DNA from: an uncultured Planctomycetaceae bacterium
GTDB lineage: Bacteria; Planctomycetota; Planctomycetia; Isosphaerales; Isosphaeraceae
Assembly: GCA_963833985.1 (NCBI GenBank)
Contig: CAWIAD010000002.1
Span: forward strand, 5,216,001 to 5,280,000
Direction of reading: 5' to 3'
Length of the DNA: 64,000 nucleotides
The position numbers and the translations under genes are program-made. The notes under the pieces are model-generated. The model did not search any database, was not told the origin of the DNA, and saw only the letters and a list, made by a program, of their open reading frames with translations. Below are positions 28,826 to 39,710 of this stretch, piece by piece. The first letter of the stretch is position 1. Each line of letters opens with the position of its first letter.

Positions 28826-29227
28826 ATGCCCGAGGAACCTGAGCCTTGCTTCGAGGCCGCTGTCAGCCAGCTCGAGCAGATCGTCGCGTCGCTGGAGCGC
28901 GGCGAGCCCGAACTGGCGGCGGCCCTGAGCAAGTACGAGACGGGCATCCGGCTGCTCAGCCGGTGCTATGCGCTGCTGGAGCGTGCGGAACGCTCCGTGG
29001 CGCTGCTGACGGGCGTCGATGCCGCCGGGAGCCCGAAGACGGTCGCGTTCGACTCCTCTGCAACCATGGGTGTTCAGAGCGAGAAGGCCGCGCCAGCTCC
29101 ACCAGTGCAGAAGGCACCCGCCACCGAAGACATCCTCGAGCCGGTCATCGCACCGAAGCCGGCGCGTCCACGGCGTACCAGGCCGCTGGCCGAGCCGGAG
29201 GCCGATGTTCTCGAACCGCCCTTCTAG
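28826..29227 (+). CDS. xseB: Exodeoxyribonuclease VII small subunit
   Basis: FEAAVSQLEQIVASLERG...L..YETGIRL...C...LERAE; upstream of ispA. Confidence 0.92.
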   Translation: MPEEPEPCFEAAVSQLEQIVASLERGEPELAAALSKYETGIRLLSRCYALLERAERSVALLTGVDAAGSPKTVAFDSSATMGVQSEKAAPAPPVQKAPATEDILEPVIAPKPARPRRTRPLAEPEADVLEPPF

Positions 29228-29715
29228 CTACCAGGCCATGCCCTGGCAGCAGCCCCACCAGTCCTTTACGGATACAGCCCGAGCTTCCCACCGACCCCCG
29301 GCCGCAGGGCCATCCCCTTTTTCCTTCCCGATTCTCTAAACCTGAATATTTTTACATTGATTGCCGCCTGATCGGGTATTCTTTCGCCCGGCCGTTTCGC
29401 GGCAGGTTCCGAGGTTCCCTCTTCCCACAGAACGCAAAACTTGATAAGTAAAGGATTTGTGGAATATGTGCTGGCATCAATCTTTGCCCATTTGCTCCAT
29501 CTCACCACCCGTGGCGGGACGCGGCGAAGCGGCTTGCCGAATCCGACGCTTTGCCGTACAAAGTTTTCGCGGGTGGCATGTGGACATTCGGGTCCTGAGT
29601 GTCAACAATATCGAGAGCACCGGGCGCCCGGGGAGGCAAGCCCTGTGAACCCATCGTCCGCCAGCACGCTAGGGTTCCGCCCGGGTTCCTGGAACATGAC
29701 GTAACAAACTGTCCC

Positions 29716-30657
29716 ATGACACCTTGCCCCCAAATTTCGAGTGAGTTTTCGTTACGCGATTACCTGGAACAGGCGCGTCGCCAGGTGGATGACGCACTGG
29801 ATGGGTACTTACCGGAAGTTGAGAACGGCTGCGAAACGGCAACGCCGGCACGGCTGGCCGCGGCGATGCGTTACAGCGTCCTGGGAGGAGGCAAGCGGCT
29901 ACGGCCCCTGCTTTGCTTGATGGCCACCGAAGCCTGTGGTGGCGATGCGACCGCGGCGATGGGTCCGGCGTGCGCCCTGGAGCTGATCCATACGTATTCC
30001 CTGATCCACGACGACCTGCCCGCTATGGACAACGACGACCTGCGTCGCGGGAGGCCGACCTGCCACAAGCAGTTTGACGAGGCGACGGCCATTCTGGCCG
30101 GGGATGGTCTTTTGACCTTGGCGTTCGAGTTGATCGCTCAAGAAGTGGAACCGGCGGCCGCGGCGCTGCGGTGCGTGCAGATCCTGGCCGGGGCTGCCGG
30201 TCCGGCCGGCATGGTGGGGGGGCAAATGGCGGACCTCCAGGCGGAGCAGCAGCTCTGCGGACAGCACCTCGAAGGCTCGCTCTGCGCGCTCGAGGCCATC
30301 CATCGCCGCAAGACGGGTGCGTTGTTGCGGGCTCCGCTCCAGATGGGGGCAGTGATTGCGCATGCTCCCCAGGCACACCAGGAGGCCCTGGACGATTACG
30401 GGCGGGCCGTGGGCCTGGCGTTCCAGATCGTCGACGATCTGCTCGACGTGGAGGGGGACGAGACCAAGCTGGGCAAGCGCGTGGGCAAGGATTCCGGGCA
30501 CGGCAAATGGACTTATCCGCGGTTTCTGGGCGTTGATGGCAGCCGCCGTCGCGCCCGGCAGCTCGCCGACGAGGCCACGGCGGCGATCGCGCCTCTGGGT
30601 CCTCGCGGCTATCGTCTCCGCGAGCTGGCGCTGGCTCTTTTGGAAAGGGATCGTTGA
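29716..30657 (+). CDS. ispA: Geranyltranstransferase / farnesyl diphosphate synthase
   Basis: GGKRLRP, SLIHDDLPAMDNDDLRRGRPTCH, GGQMAD, KTGALL, FQIVDDLLD. Confidence 0.95.
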   Translation: MTPCPQISSEFSLRDYLEQARRQVDDALDGYLPEVENGCETATPARLAAAMRYSVLGGGKRLRPLLCLMATEACGGDATAAMGPACALELIHTYSLIHDDLPAMDNDDLRRGRPTCHKQFDEATAILAGDGLLTLAFELIAQEVEPAAAALRCVQILAGAAGPAGMVGGQMADLQAEQQLCGQHLEGSLCALEAIHRRKTGALLRAPLQMGAVIAHAPQAHQEALDDYGRAVGLAFQIVDDLLDVEGDETKLGKRVGKDSGHGKWTYPRFLGVDGSRRRARQLADEATAAIAPLGPRGYRLRELALALLERDR

Positions 30658-32651
30658 TGGTCAATGTGGACTCGTTGCTGGCACGGATTGCGACACCCGA
30701 TGATCTCAAGAACCTGTCCGAAAAGGAGCTTGATCAGCTTGCCGCCGAGATGCGAACCGAGCTCATCGGCGTGGTCGGCCGGCGGTCCGCGCACTTTGCA
30801 AGCAACCTTGGCGTGGTCGAGCTTTGCCTCGCCTTGCATCTTTCGTTCGACTTTTCGCAGGACCGGCTGATCTGGGACACGGGCCACCAGATCTACCCCC
30901 ACAAGCTGATCACCGGCCGGGCCGCGGAGCTGCACACCATCCGCACACGGGGCGGCCTGATGGGCTATCCCAACCCGGCCGAGAGCCCCTTCGATCTGTT
31001 CATGACCGGCCATGCCGGCTGCGCTCCCTCCACCGCCCTGGGGCTGAAGTTCGGCGACCAGCTCATGGGCCGGCCCGACCGCCATGCCGTGGCCGTCATC
31101 GGCGACGGGGCACTTCCTTCGGGCATCGTCTTCGAGGCGCTCAATGATGCCAGCGGCCGGAAAGCCAAGCTGCTGGTCATCCTCAATGATAACCAGATGT
31201 CAATCTGCCCGCGCGTCGGCGGCCTGGCCGACTACCTCGACCGCGCACGGATGTCGACCACCTATCACGACTGGAACAAGCGCGTCAAATCCCTCTTACC
31301 CAGCATCCCCTTAGTCGGCGAGCACGCCGAACGCTGGTTCCAGCAATTCAAGGACGCCATCAAGGCCTCGCTGCACCACGGCATGCTCTTCGAGGAGCTG
31401 GGCTTCACCTACCTGGGCCCGATTGACGGCCACGACCTGAAGTGTCTGCGCACATACCTTGAGAAGGTCAAGGCGATGGACGGGCCGATCCTCCTGCACG
31501 TGCTGACCAACAAGGGTCACGGCTTCGAGCCGGCCGTGAAGGACCCGGTCAAGTTCCACGCCCCGGCGCCGTTCCGCAAGGCCGAGAACGGCATCATCCC
31601 GCTCAAATCCTCGTCGAGCCGCACTTACACCGACGCCGTCAGCGATGCCCTGTTTGAGGCCTGCCGGCGGGACGCGCGCGTGGCCATCCTCACGGCAGCC
31701 ATGTGCGAGGGAAACAAGCTGCAAAAAGTCCGCGAGTCGTTCCCGGGCCAGTTCTTCGACGTGGGTATCTGCGAGAGCCACGCCGTGGCCTTTGCCGCCG
31801 GCATGGCCAAGGCCGGCGCACGGCCTGTCGTCGACATCTACAGCACGTTCCTTCAGCGGTCCTACGACCAGATCTTCCAGGAAGTCTCGCTCCAGAACTT
31901 GCCAGTGGTCTTCTGCCTCGACCGCGCCGGCCTGGTGGGCGCGGATGGTCCGACTCACCACGGCAGCTACGACATGGCCTACCTGCGCGTCTTCCCCAGC
32001 ATGGTCGTGATGGCACCTGGCGACGAACACGACATCGAGCCCATGATCGACTTCGCCCTCGCCCATACCTCGCCCACCGCGATCCGCTACCCCCGGGCCA
32101 ACCTGGAAGCGGTCGAGCGCGAGCCGCAGCCCATCGAGCTGGGCCAGGCCGAGGTCCTGGAATGGGAGACCGACGGCATGATCCTCTGCTGCGGAGCCAT
32201 GCTCGGCTCGTGCGTCCGCGCCGTCGAGGAACTGCGTGAGCAACACGGCCTGCGCGTGGGAGTTGTGAACGCACGGTTCCTCAAGCCGCTGGACCGGTCC
32301 ACCGTGTGCAAGGCCGTCGAGGAAGCCACGTTCGTCCTGACCGTCGAGGAAGGCTGCCTGATGGGCGGCTTTGGCTCGGCCGTGCTCGAAGCCGCCAGCG
32401 ACGCCGGCATCTCCACCGCCCATGTCCGCCGACTGGGCCTGCCCGACCGGTTCGTGATGCACGCCGAGCGCGACGAGCAGCTTGCCGAGCTGGGCCTCGA
32501 CGTCGCCGGCATCGTGCGGTCGGCTGTCGCGCTGGCCCATACAGTCGGGCTCTCGTTGCCCGAACTCGAGGGCGACGCCGAGATCAACGGCTCGCACACC
32601 AACGGTGCGGGACCCAAGCCCCCCTCACCTGCTTTATCGGCCAAGAGCTGA
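30654..32651 (+). CDS. dxs: 1-deoxy-D-xylulose-5-phosphate synthase
   Basis: LIWDTGHQIYPHKLITGR, IGDGAL, ILNDNQMSI, GPIDGHD, YSTFLQRSYDQ, DRAGLVGADGPTH. Confidence 0.97.
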   Translation: MMVNVDSLLARIATPDDLKNLSEKELDQLAAEMRTELIGVVGRRSAHFASNLGVVELCLALHLSFDFSQDRLIWDTGHQIYPHKLITGRAAELHTIRTRGGLMGYPNPAESPFDLFMTGHAGCAPSTALGLKFGDQLMGRPDRHAVAVIGDGALPSGIVFEALNDASGRKAKLLVILNDNQMSICPRVGGLADYLDRARMSTTYHDWNKRVKSLLPSIPLVGEHAERWFQQFKDAIKASLHHGMLFEELGFTYLGPIDGHDLKCLRTYLEKVKAMDGPILLHVLTNKGHGFEPAVKDPVKFHAPAPFRKAENGIIPLKSSSSRTYTDAVSDALFEACRRDARVAILTAAMCEGNKLQKVRESFPGQFFDVGICESHAVAFAAGMAKAGARPVVDIYSTFLQRSYDQIFQEVSLQNLPVVFCLDRAGLVGADGPTHHGSYDMAYLRVFPSMVVMAPGDEHDIEPMIDFALAHTSPTAIRYPRANLEAVEREPQPIELGQAEVLEWETDGMILCCGAMLGSCVRAVEELREQHGLRVGVVNARFLKPLDRSTVCKAVEEATFVLTVEEGCLMGGFGSAVLEAASDAGISTAHVRRLGLPDRFVMHAERDEQLAELGLDVAGIVRSAVALAHTVGLSLPELEGDAEINGSHTNGAGPKPPSPALSAKS

Positions 32652-32922
32652 GCGGCCGGCGGGATCTTTCATCGCGCACGCGGGCATTTCACCCCAGTAC
32701 CGTTGAAACCACGTTCACCAGAGGGGAGCCAGTGGTTCGCGACAGACTGGTTCCCGCGCGGAGCGTGTGAACGAGGACCAAGGAAGGGGATGCCCTCGCG
32801 TCCCGTGGTCTCTTCGCCGTTGTCAGAACGCTCTCGATCGGGTGTCATGGAGTCACAGCAGCAGAGCCGGTTGTCCGGATCGCCAGCTGGACCATCATCC
32901 CCGGTTGAGGGCCATCGTGCTC

Positions 32923-33824
32923 ATGGAGCCTTCTTCCTCTCCGCCCGACCGGGCTGAGCCGCTGTCCACACTCCGTTTGATGCTCCTGGGCAACGGCACC
33001 CGTGAAGAGGTTCGTGCGGAAGCCGAGCGGCTGGCCGTGGGGATCGTCTGCGCACGGGCGTGGTCCTGGCCGGTATCGACCTTTCGGCCGACTCGGACCT
33101 CTCGCAACTGCCGGCCGACATTGCAGTCGTGCTGGGCGGTGATGGCACGGTGTTGCACACGGCCAGGCGGATGGATGACCACCCCACGCCCGTGCTGGGC
33201 GTGAATGTGGGCCGGCTGGGCTTCCTGGCCGATCTCACGCCGGCCGCCTTCTTCGAGCGCCTCACGGACCTCGCCGGACGGCGATTCATGGTCGAGAACC
33301 TGATGACCCTGAGCTGCACGCTCACGCCCAGGAAAGGCCCGACGCAGAACTTCCGCGGACTGAATGATGCCGTCCTCCGCGCTGCTCCGTTTTTTCATCT
33401 CATCGAGATCGGCCTCTCGATCGACGGCGAGAGCGTGATGACCTATCGTGGCGACGGCCTGATCCTGGCCACTCCGGTGGGCTCGACCGCACACAGCCTT
33501 TCGGCCGGTGGGCCGATCCTGCCGCCGAACGCGCACATGTTCGTGGTCACGCCGCTCTGCGCGCACACGCTTACCCAGCGCCCGCTGGTGGATAGCGCCC
33601 ACAAGACGTATGACCTGGTTTCTCTGGGCGACGGTGCGGCGACGGTGCTGGTGATTGACGGGCAGGTGCAGATACCCCTCCAGGCCGGTGACCGTGTCAC
33701 CATCCGGCGCGGCAAGACGCCCTTCCCCATGATCCGCCTCCCAGGCTACAGCTTCTACCGGACCCTCCGCGATAAGCTGGGCTGGGGCGCTTACCCCACC
33801 GGTGACCGCGGGCCGCGGTCGTAA
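32923..33824 (+). CDS. nadK: NAD kinase (apparent frameshift near 33050)
   Basis: VLGGDGTVL, GVNVGRLGFL, GLND, GDGLILATPVGSTAHSLSAGGP, LRDKLGWG. Confidence 0.93.
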
Positions 33825-34166
33825 GCGGGAAACACGCAGGCCGCGTCCTCACGCCAGGCCGCCATGTGGTGATTGCACAGCGCGCCGTTGCCCGTTGAGA
33901 ACCCTGGCCTAGAGTTCTCGTGGAGGCGAGATCCAGTCTTTTCGCTGGAACTGTTTCGCCCCCTGCGCCGGGGTTTTTCCGTGCCGACAACTTCGTGAGT
34001 CGGCCTGCGAAGCGGACCCCGCTACCACGACGTTCGGTTCAAGGCCCTCACCCCGGCCGGCTCGCTCCGACTCTCCGGAGCAGAGACGCCCCCGGTATCA
34101 GCCGCCCTGCGCGCCGCGAAAACCGATCGGCCCCACGAATCTTGCTCACGCGAGGAGGGAACTCTC

Positions 34167-36096
34167 GTGCCGTTTCGCCGTCCGTCCTGTACACGACGCA
34201 ACTCCAGCAAGCTCCGCCCCGCGCTCTGGACTCTCAAGGAACGGCTCCTGCTGAGCACGGGATACACGGATCTCGCTCTGCCGGCCGGCCCACCGGCGAT
34301 CATCGTCCCGGGCGCCATCCTCGATACCTCGCCGGCCATTCCTGTTGACCCGCCGGACCCCATGATTCCGCTGCCCGCGACGGCTCCCACGGGAACCACC
34401 ACGCCCACGGGCGGCTCGGGCACCAGGTATCCCTTGAGCCTCCCTCCCCGCGCTTTCCAGCCTGCCGGGCGCCCGGGATTCGCTCTACCTGAACTTCACG
34501 GGCGACTTCACGGCCTCGTACGGCAGCTACTACAACATCACGACCCCGGCCTTTGATCAGGATGGCGACCCCACGACCTTCACGGCCTCCGAGCTGGCCT
34601 CGATCCGGACCATCTGGAGCACCGTCGCCGAGGATTACGCGCCATTCAACATCAATGTGACGACCGTTCAGCCGAGCAACATGGCCCATGGGGTCACGGA
34701 GAAGGTGGACATTGGCGGCAATGGGGCGTGGAGCGGGGGAACTTACGGCGGCTATACGTACGTCGGTGATTTCGTGATGACGGCCGTACCGAACATTGCC
34801 TTCGTCTTCTCGGGCAACCTCGCCGACGGCAATGCCCGCTATACAGGCGACGCGTGCTCGCACGAGTCCGGCCACAGCTTTGGACTGCTCCACCAGAGCA
34901 CGTATTCGGGTTCGACGAAGACGGCTGAGTACAGTCTTGGCCCCGGCAACGGCACCGCGCCGCTCATGGGCAATAGCTACGCTGCGGCGCGCAGCCTCTG
35001 GTGGTATGGCCAGGACGACGTGTCATCGACGACTTACCAGGATGACATGGCCGTGATCTCGGGCCCGACCAACGGCTTCGGCTATCGCGCAGAGCCCGCC
35101 GATACCAGCCCCGCCACGGCAACGCCGCTGGTCGCGCAGAGCGGAGGTACGCTGGGCGCATCCGGCCTGATCATTCACACGACAGATACCGATTATTACT
35201 CGTTCACGTCAGCCGGTGGAACCGTGAACTTCACCGTCTCGGTTCCACAGGCCGTCGCCGACCTGGTTCCGAAGGTGGAGCTGCTCGACGCCAGCGGCAG
35301 CAAGGTCATAGCCGCGGGCGGCCCGATCGGATCGAACTTCTCGGCGAGCCTGAGCGTGAATCTGCCGGCAGGCGGCAAGTACCTGCTGCTGGTGACCAGC
35401 AACGGCGGCTACGGGAACGTCGGGCAGTACGCGATCAGCGGCACCGTCGCTGGAACGGGATACACGGGAGGCCAGAGTGCCAGCCAGCCGGCGGCACAGG
35501 CCGTTCAAACGGCCGCCAATCTGGCGGCCACTGCGTCCAGCCCGAGTCAGGTGAACCTGAGCTGGACAGGCGCCGGGGGCGCCACCGGGCTGCTCGTCGA
35601 GCGGACGACGAACTACGTCAACTGGTCCGTCGTGGCGTCGCTGAGCCCGGGCATGACCACCTTTTCCGACGGCAGCGTCACGCCCGGAACGGCGTACGGG
35701 TACGTGATCGTCGCCGTGGGTCTGAACAGTTCCACGGCCGTTTCCACCCCCGCGCTTCTGGTCACACCGGCCCTCCCCACACCGCCGGCGGCCGTCGTGA
35801 GCCTGAGGGCCGTCTCCGTGGCATCCAGGCAGGTGGTTCTGAGCTGGCAACCCGGCTCGGCCAATGCTCAAAGCTATGTGGTCGAACGCACGTCCAACGG
35901 CAGGACGTGGACGAGGGTCGGCAGCCTCTCGGCCAGTACGACCAGCTTCACCGACTCCTCCGTGGCGCCCCTGAAGACTTACGTCTACCGCGTGCGGGCG
36001 TTCAATACGCTCGGTTTCTCCGCGCCCACCCTGCTGCGCGTCAACACGCCGCGCATGGCGCCGTTACGGCTCATCCGCGTCAGCCGGGTACGCTGA
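34167..36096 (+). CDS. Secreted metzincin-type zinc metalloprotease with PPC-like and two fibronectin type III domains (apparent frameshift ~34430-34480)
   Basis: Export-type motif LRPALWTLKERLLLS; VAEDYAPFNINVTT; HESGHSFGLLH (HExxHxxGxxH) plus Met-turn PLMG; DTDYYSF; FN3 repeats (VNLSW, YVYRVRAFN). Confidence 0.85.
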
Positions 36097-36234
36097 TTCG
36101 CTTGCTACTGGGAAACCGGCCGCGGACAGTGATCTTCCCCAGGCCCAATGCGGAGCCTTCGTGGTATACTGGATGATCAATCGATCCAGCTCGCCTCGGA
36201 GTCGCGCAAAGTCTCCTTCGTGGGCCATCCTTCC

Positions 36235-36805
36235 ATGACCGGCTTCCGCAAACGACTGGCACAGGCCCTCGTCGCCACCATACTCGCCTGCGCCTTGGGG
36301 TTTGTCATCTGCGGCTGGATGTCAACAAAGGGAAGCTTCTGGGAAAGCATCTGCGTCGCTCTGGTGATTGTGATGCTGGCGTGCATGTTCGGCGCCCTTG
36401 GGCTGGCCGCTGCCACATACATCAAGTTCCGGGGTGAAGTGGAAAACCTGATCGGCCGGACACCGCTCTCGGACGGCGAGTTCATGGCCATGCTGGCTGA
36501 TTCCGGGAGCGTCGACCTGGAACTGGTCAGCCGCATCCGCGCTGGCGGCGCACTACTTTCGATCGCTCGGAGGCGATCGCTTTTACCCCGACGACCGCCT
36601 GATGGAAGACCTTCACCTCTTCGACCTGGCCCCGTTTGGCTGGGAGAAATTCTGCGCCGGGCTCGAGGAGTCGCTGGGCCTGGAGAATGAACAGCTCGAG
36701 CAGCGCATGCAGGCGCAGCACGTCACGACCTTTGGAGACATCATCCTGGTGGCTGCATCGTTCGTCGGGCGGGAACGGGAGGGACTGCAAGTCGTCGATC
36801 CGTAG
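36235..36805 (+). CDS. Two-TM membrane protein with an acyl-carrier-like C-terminal domain (apparent frameshift near 36545)
   Basis: Two hydrophobic helices; after the shift reads FYPDDRLMEDLHLFDL...LEESLGL...VTTFGDII. Confidence 0.5.
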
Positions 36806-36899
36806 CACGTAGCAATTCCTAAGGATGTCCCGGCTCGCACGTTACAGGGATGGAGTTTTGCAGCGTTACTCCGAATTCTCGTGCGCGGAGGATTCTGTC

Positions 36900-37259
36900 A
36901 TGCGAGTCAAACCTGCGGCGGACCTCAATTTTGCCGCGAGCGCCGGGCCGAAACCGAAACCGCGGCCGCGGCTGCAATCGTTCCGCTCTCTGGGTCGGCT
37001 GATGATCTTCGTGGCCTTCAGCGGCCTGGTGCTTGCCGTGGCCGCCCAGCGTCCACAGCCCCGGCCGTTCGGGCCCCGGACCAGGCCCGCCCCGCCAGGC
37101 CCCGTGCCCGGGCCGTGGCTGCCAGGTTCCCCTGACCCGTTTTCCTGGATTTCTCCCGAGGATCGTGCGGTCTGGGTGGCCCCTCGGGGCATCGACGAGG
37201 CCATGATCATCCCGGCCCGCGTGGGCATCGACGAGGCCATGATCGTCCATCCACGGTGA
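36900..37259 (+). CDS. Small membrane-anchored hypothetical protein with a duplicated C-terminal GIDEAMI motif
   Basis: GGAGGA upstream of ATG; RSLGRLMIFVAFSGLVLAV anchor; Pro-rich linker. Confidence 0.6.
   Translation: MRVKPAADLNFAASAGPKPKPRPRLQSFRSLGRLMIFVAFSGLVLAVAAQRPQPRPFGPRTRPAPPGPVPGPWLPGSPDPFSWISPEDRAVWVAPRGIDEAMIIPARVGIDEAMIVHPR
37187..37244 (+). repeat. Exact 22-bp direct repeat, period 36 bp, coding GIDEAMI twice
   Basis: GGGCATCGACGAGGCCATGATC at 37187-37208 and 37223-37244. Confidence 0.85.
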
Positions 37260-37350
37260 AGTCCCCGAGCGTCACGCCTCGGAAGGACCCATAAGCGCCA
37301 GCGACGGCGTTTGGCATCCTTTCGACCTGCGCGCCCGTCAGCGTGGGCGC

Positions 37351-38300
37351 TCAGCCTTGCGGCCTTGTCCCGGCCACGTTCACGCCGCTGCCGATGATAA
37401 GGTTGTGCTCGTACGCCCAGTCGTAAACCCGCCCGCTCTTCGCCGGGGCAAGCGCATGGATCTCGCTGAAACCTTCCTCCCTGAACCAGGACACCAGCTC
37501 GTCTTCAGTGTGATGCGACTGGTATCGGGGTGCGTACCAGTCGAAGTTATCGCAGACGCGCAGGGTCCAGTCCGGATGGCTCGAAAAGTTCGCGACCTTG
37601 TTGAGCGTCCGGTTCACGACCGGCACGCTGCCGAGCACTCCCAGGCCGGCGCAGAGTGGTTCGAGCACGCGGGCGGGCAGGCGAGACGTGGCCAAGCGCA
37701 AGCCCGAATTGAGCCATTCCTGCGGTCGAGTGTTCTTGCGGTAGAGCCAGACCGCCAGCCTTCCGCCCGGTTTCACCTTGCGGGCAATCTGGGCGAATGC
37801 CTGCCGCGGGTCGGGCGTGTGGTGGAGCACACCGATCGAGAATACCAGGTCGAACGAGGCATCGGCCACGGGCAGATCGAGCAGGCTGGCCTGGACGATG
37901 CAGACGTTCGGAAGCTCGCCGCACAGCGCCGAGGCTTTCTCGACCGCTGCGCTCAGGTCGACGCCGATCACTCGCGCTTGATGGCGGCCGGCGAGCCGGG
38001 TGTAGCGGCCTCCTCCGCAGCCGGCGTCGAGCACCAGCTTGCCGGCAAGATCGCCCGGCGCGACCCCCGTTTTCACCTGGAACATGGCCGCATCTTCGTC
38101 GTCGCGAGCCACGTCGTAGCGGTTCCACTGGCGGCCGAAGCTGTGGGCATAGGTATCGCCCGCCAGGCGCGGCACGCTGTTGACAACGGCATAGCGGGAG
38201 CCGCAAGCTCGACAATGAAGAGCCACGGGCGGTTCCGCGCCCGGGTACAGCGCGCCCGGCATCGAGGGCAGGCAAGTAGCGAGATCAGCTCGTGATTCAT
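37351..38300 (-). CDS. SAM-dependent methyltransferase with N-terminal Trm112-like zinc-ribbon (apparent frameshift near 38240)
   Basis: MNHELISLLACPRC...LHCRACGSRYAVVNSVPRL; VLDAGCGGGR; FDLVFSIGVLHHTPD; KPGG. Confidence 0.85.
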
Positions 38301-38357
38301 GCTCCGGCCTGATGCAAGAGTCGTCGTCGATTACCCCCGCGGTCTGCACGATCCGAA

Positions 38358-39710
38358 TCAGATCTCTCGCCAGACCCCAGCATTACGCAACTGGAGCCTG
38401 ATCACCTCGGTACTGACGCGAAACTCGCTTGCGAGCTCTTGTTGAAGCTCCAATCGTTCGTCGGGCTCCATGTCGCGCCTGGCACGCTCGCAAAGTGCGG
38501 CCTGCGGAGCGAGCAATTCTGCCGCGAAAGCCCTTGTAGCCTGTTGATCCCAGGTGTGGGCACGCGTCACCAAGCGTGCACCCCGGCGGCATCCAAGCAG
38601 AGCATGGTACAGCCCCCTCGACTCCAAGAATCGGGCGCTCTCTGCCTGGGGCGGGCGAGGTCCGGCGATGACGATTTCACCATCTGCGGACCATCCCGCT
38701 GCGGCCAGTACGGCACGTCCCGGCAAGTGATTCTGCGACCTGAACGAGAACGGCATTCCACCCACGGCCCTTGCGACCGATGCAAGATCATCGATTGCCT
38801 CCGTCGGACCCAGCCCGGCGATCTGGCGAATCCGGCGGGCCACATCATAGCCCTGGTCCTTCGCCGTACGGAAGCCTTCGACGGGAGCCAGTCGATCGAT
38901 GGCTCCTGCCCGTAAACCGAACGTGCGCTCCGCGCTTGTGATCCATCGCCACAACTCGACAGCGGACGCTGGCTCCGCGGATTCGAGCAGATCCACCACG
39001 ATGTCGTCGTTCACACGCGACCCGAGGTCCGCGGAGAGGAATTCCACAAGGCCCGGTTCCCAGGTTTCCACTGAAAAAGGATCGAGTCCCATCCGCCCCG
39101 CGGCGCGGCAGAACTCCAGCTCTTCCATGTCCATGTCCGTGATGGCGCTCCAGTCGGCACGTAGCTGGTCGACACGCGGTTCTTCCAGCCCTTCACACCA
39201 CCCAAGCACTTTCGCGACAAACTCGCTCATGCCTGCCATCACATCGCGTGTCTCGAGCGTGGCCTGTCCGTCGTACAAGAAATAGCCGGGCATGCTCGGA
39301 TAGGCAAAAGCATCGTCAGCAAACCATGCAATCGAGGTGGATGGGCCGTTGCTGTAGAAGTGAACATAAGGCAGGAAGAGCCCACTCTCAGCCGACCGCA
39401 AGCAGTGCCGGCGGATCCAGCGGCGCTCAACCGTGGACCAGCGATCGGTTTCGGCCGGAGGTCGGTCGGCTGTGCAAGGCTCGTAAAACAGTGCCCACCA
39501 GTTGCTGACGATCCATCGAGCCAGCGCGAACGCGGGCACGTAAATGGTTTCCGATTCGGCGTTGGCGCGACGGTCCCAGAACTGGGTGACACAACGGCCC
39601 TGGACCACAAGACGCAGCCCGGCCCATGTCCGCCTTTCCAGCAAGTCCGTGGCGGCGGGCTCATCGGTGTGCCAGCAGCTAATAAACACTGATGGTGACA
39701 CGCGGGGCAT
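38358..39710 (-). CDS. 450-aa protein with a C-terminal ImmA/IrrE (peptidase M78)-like domain lacking the HExxH motif
   Basis: RFLESRGLYH occupies the RFTLAHELGH position; QQATRAFAAELLAP and LASEFRVSTEVIRLQL match the M78 C-terminal pattern; N-terminal ~250 aa unassigned. Confidence 0.7.
   Translation of the reverse strand: MPRVSPSVFISCWHTDEPAATDLLERRTWAGLRLVVQGRCVTQFWDRRANAESETIYVPAFALARWIVSNWWALFYEPCTADRPPAETDRWSTVERRWIRRHCLRSAESGLFLPYVHFYSNGPSTSIAWFADDAFAYPSMPGYFLYDGQATLETRDVMAGMSEFVAKVLGWCEGLEEPRVDQLRADWSAITDMDMEELEFCRAAGRMGLDPFSVETWEPGLVEFLSADLGSRVNDDIVVDLLESAEPASAVELWRWITSAERTFGLRAGAIDRLAPVEGFRTAKDQGYDVARRIRQIAGLGPTEAIDDLASVARAVGGMPFSFRSQNHLPGRAVLAAAGWSADGEIVIAGPRPPQAESARFLESRGLYHALLGCRRGARLVTRAHTWDQQATRAFAAELLAPQAALCERARRDMEPDERLELQQELASEFRVSTEVIRLQLRNAGVWREI

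Noticed and set aside
37187..37244. Mini CRISPR array
   Set aside because: Two copies only, 14-bp spacer, in-frame within a coding sequence, and no cas genes.
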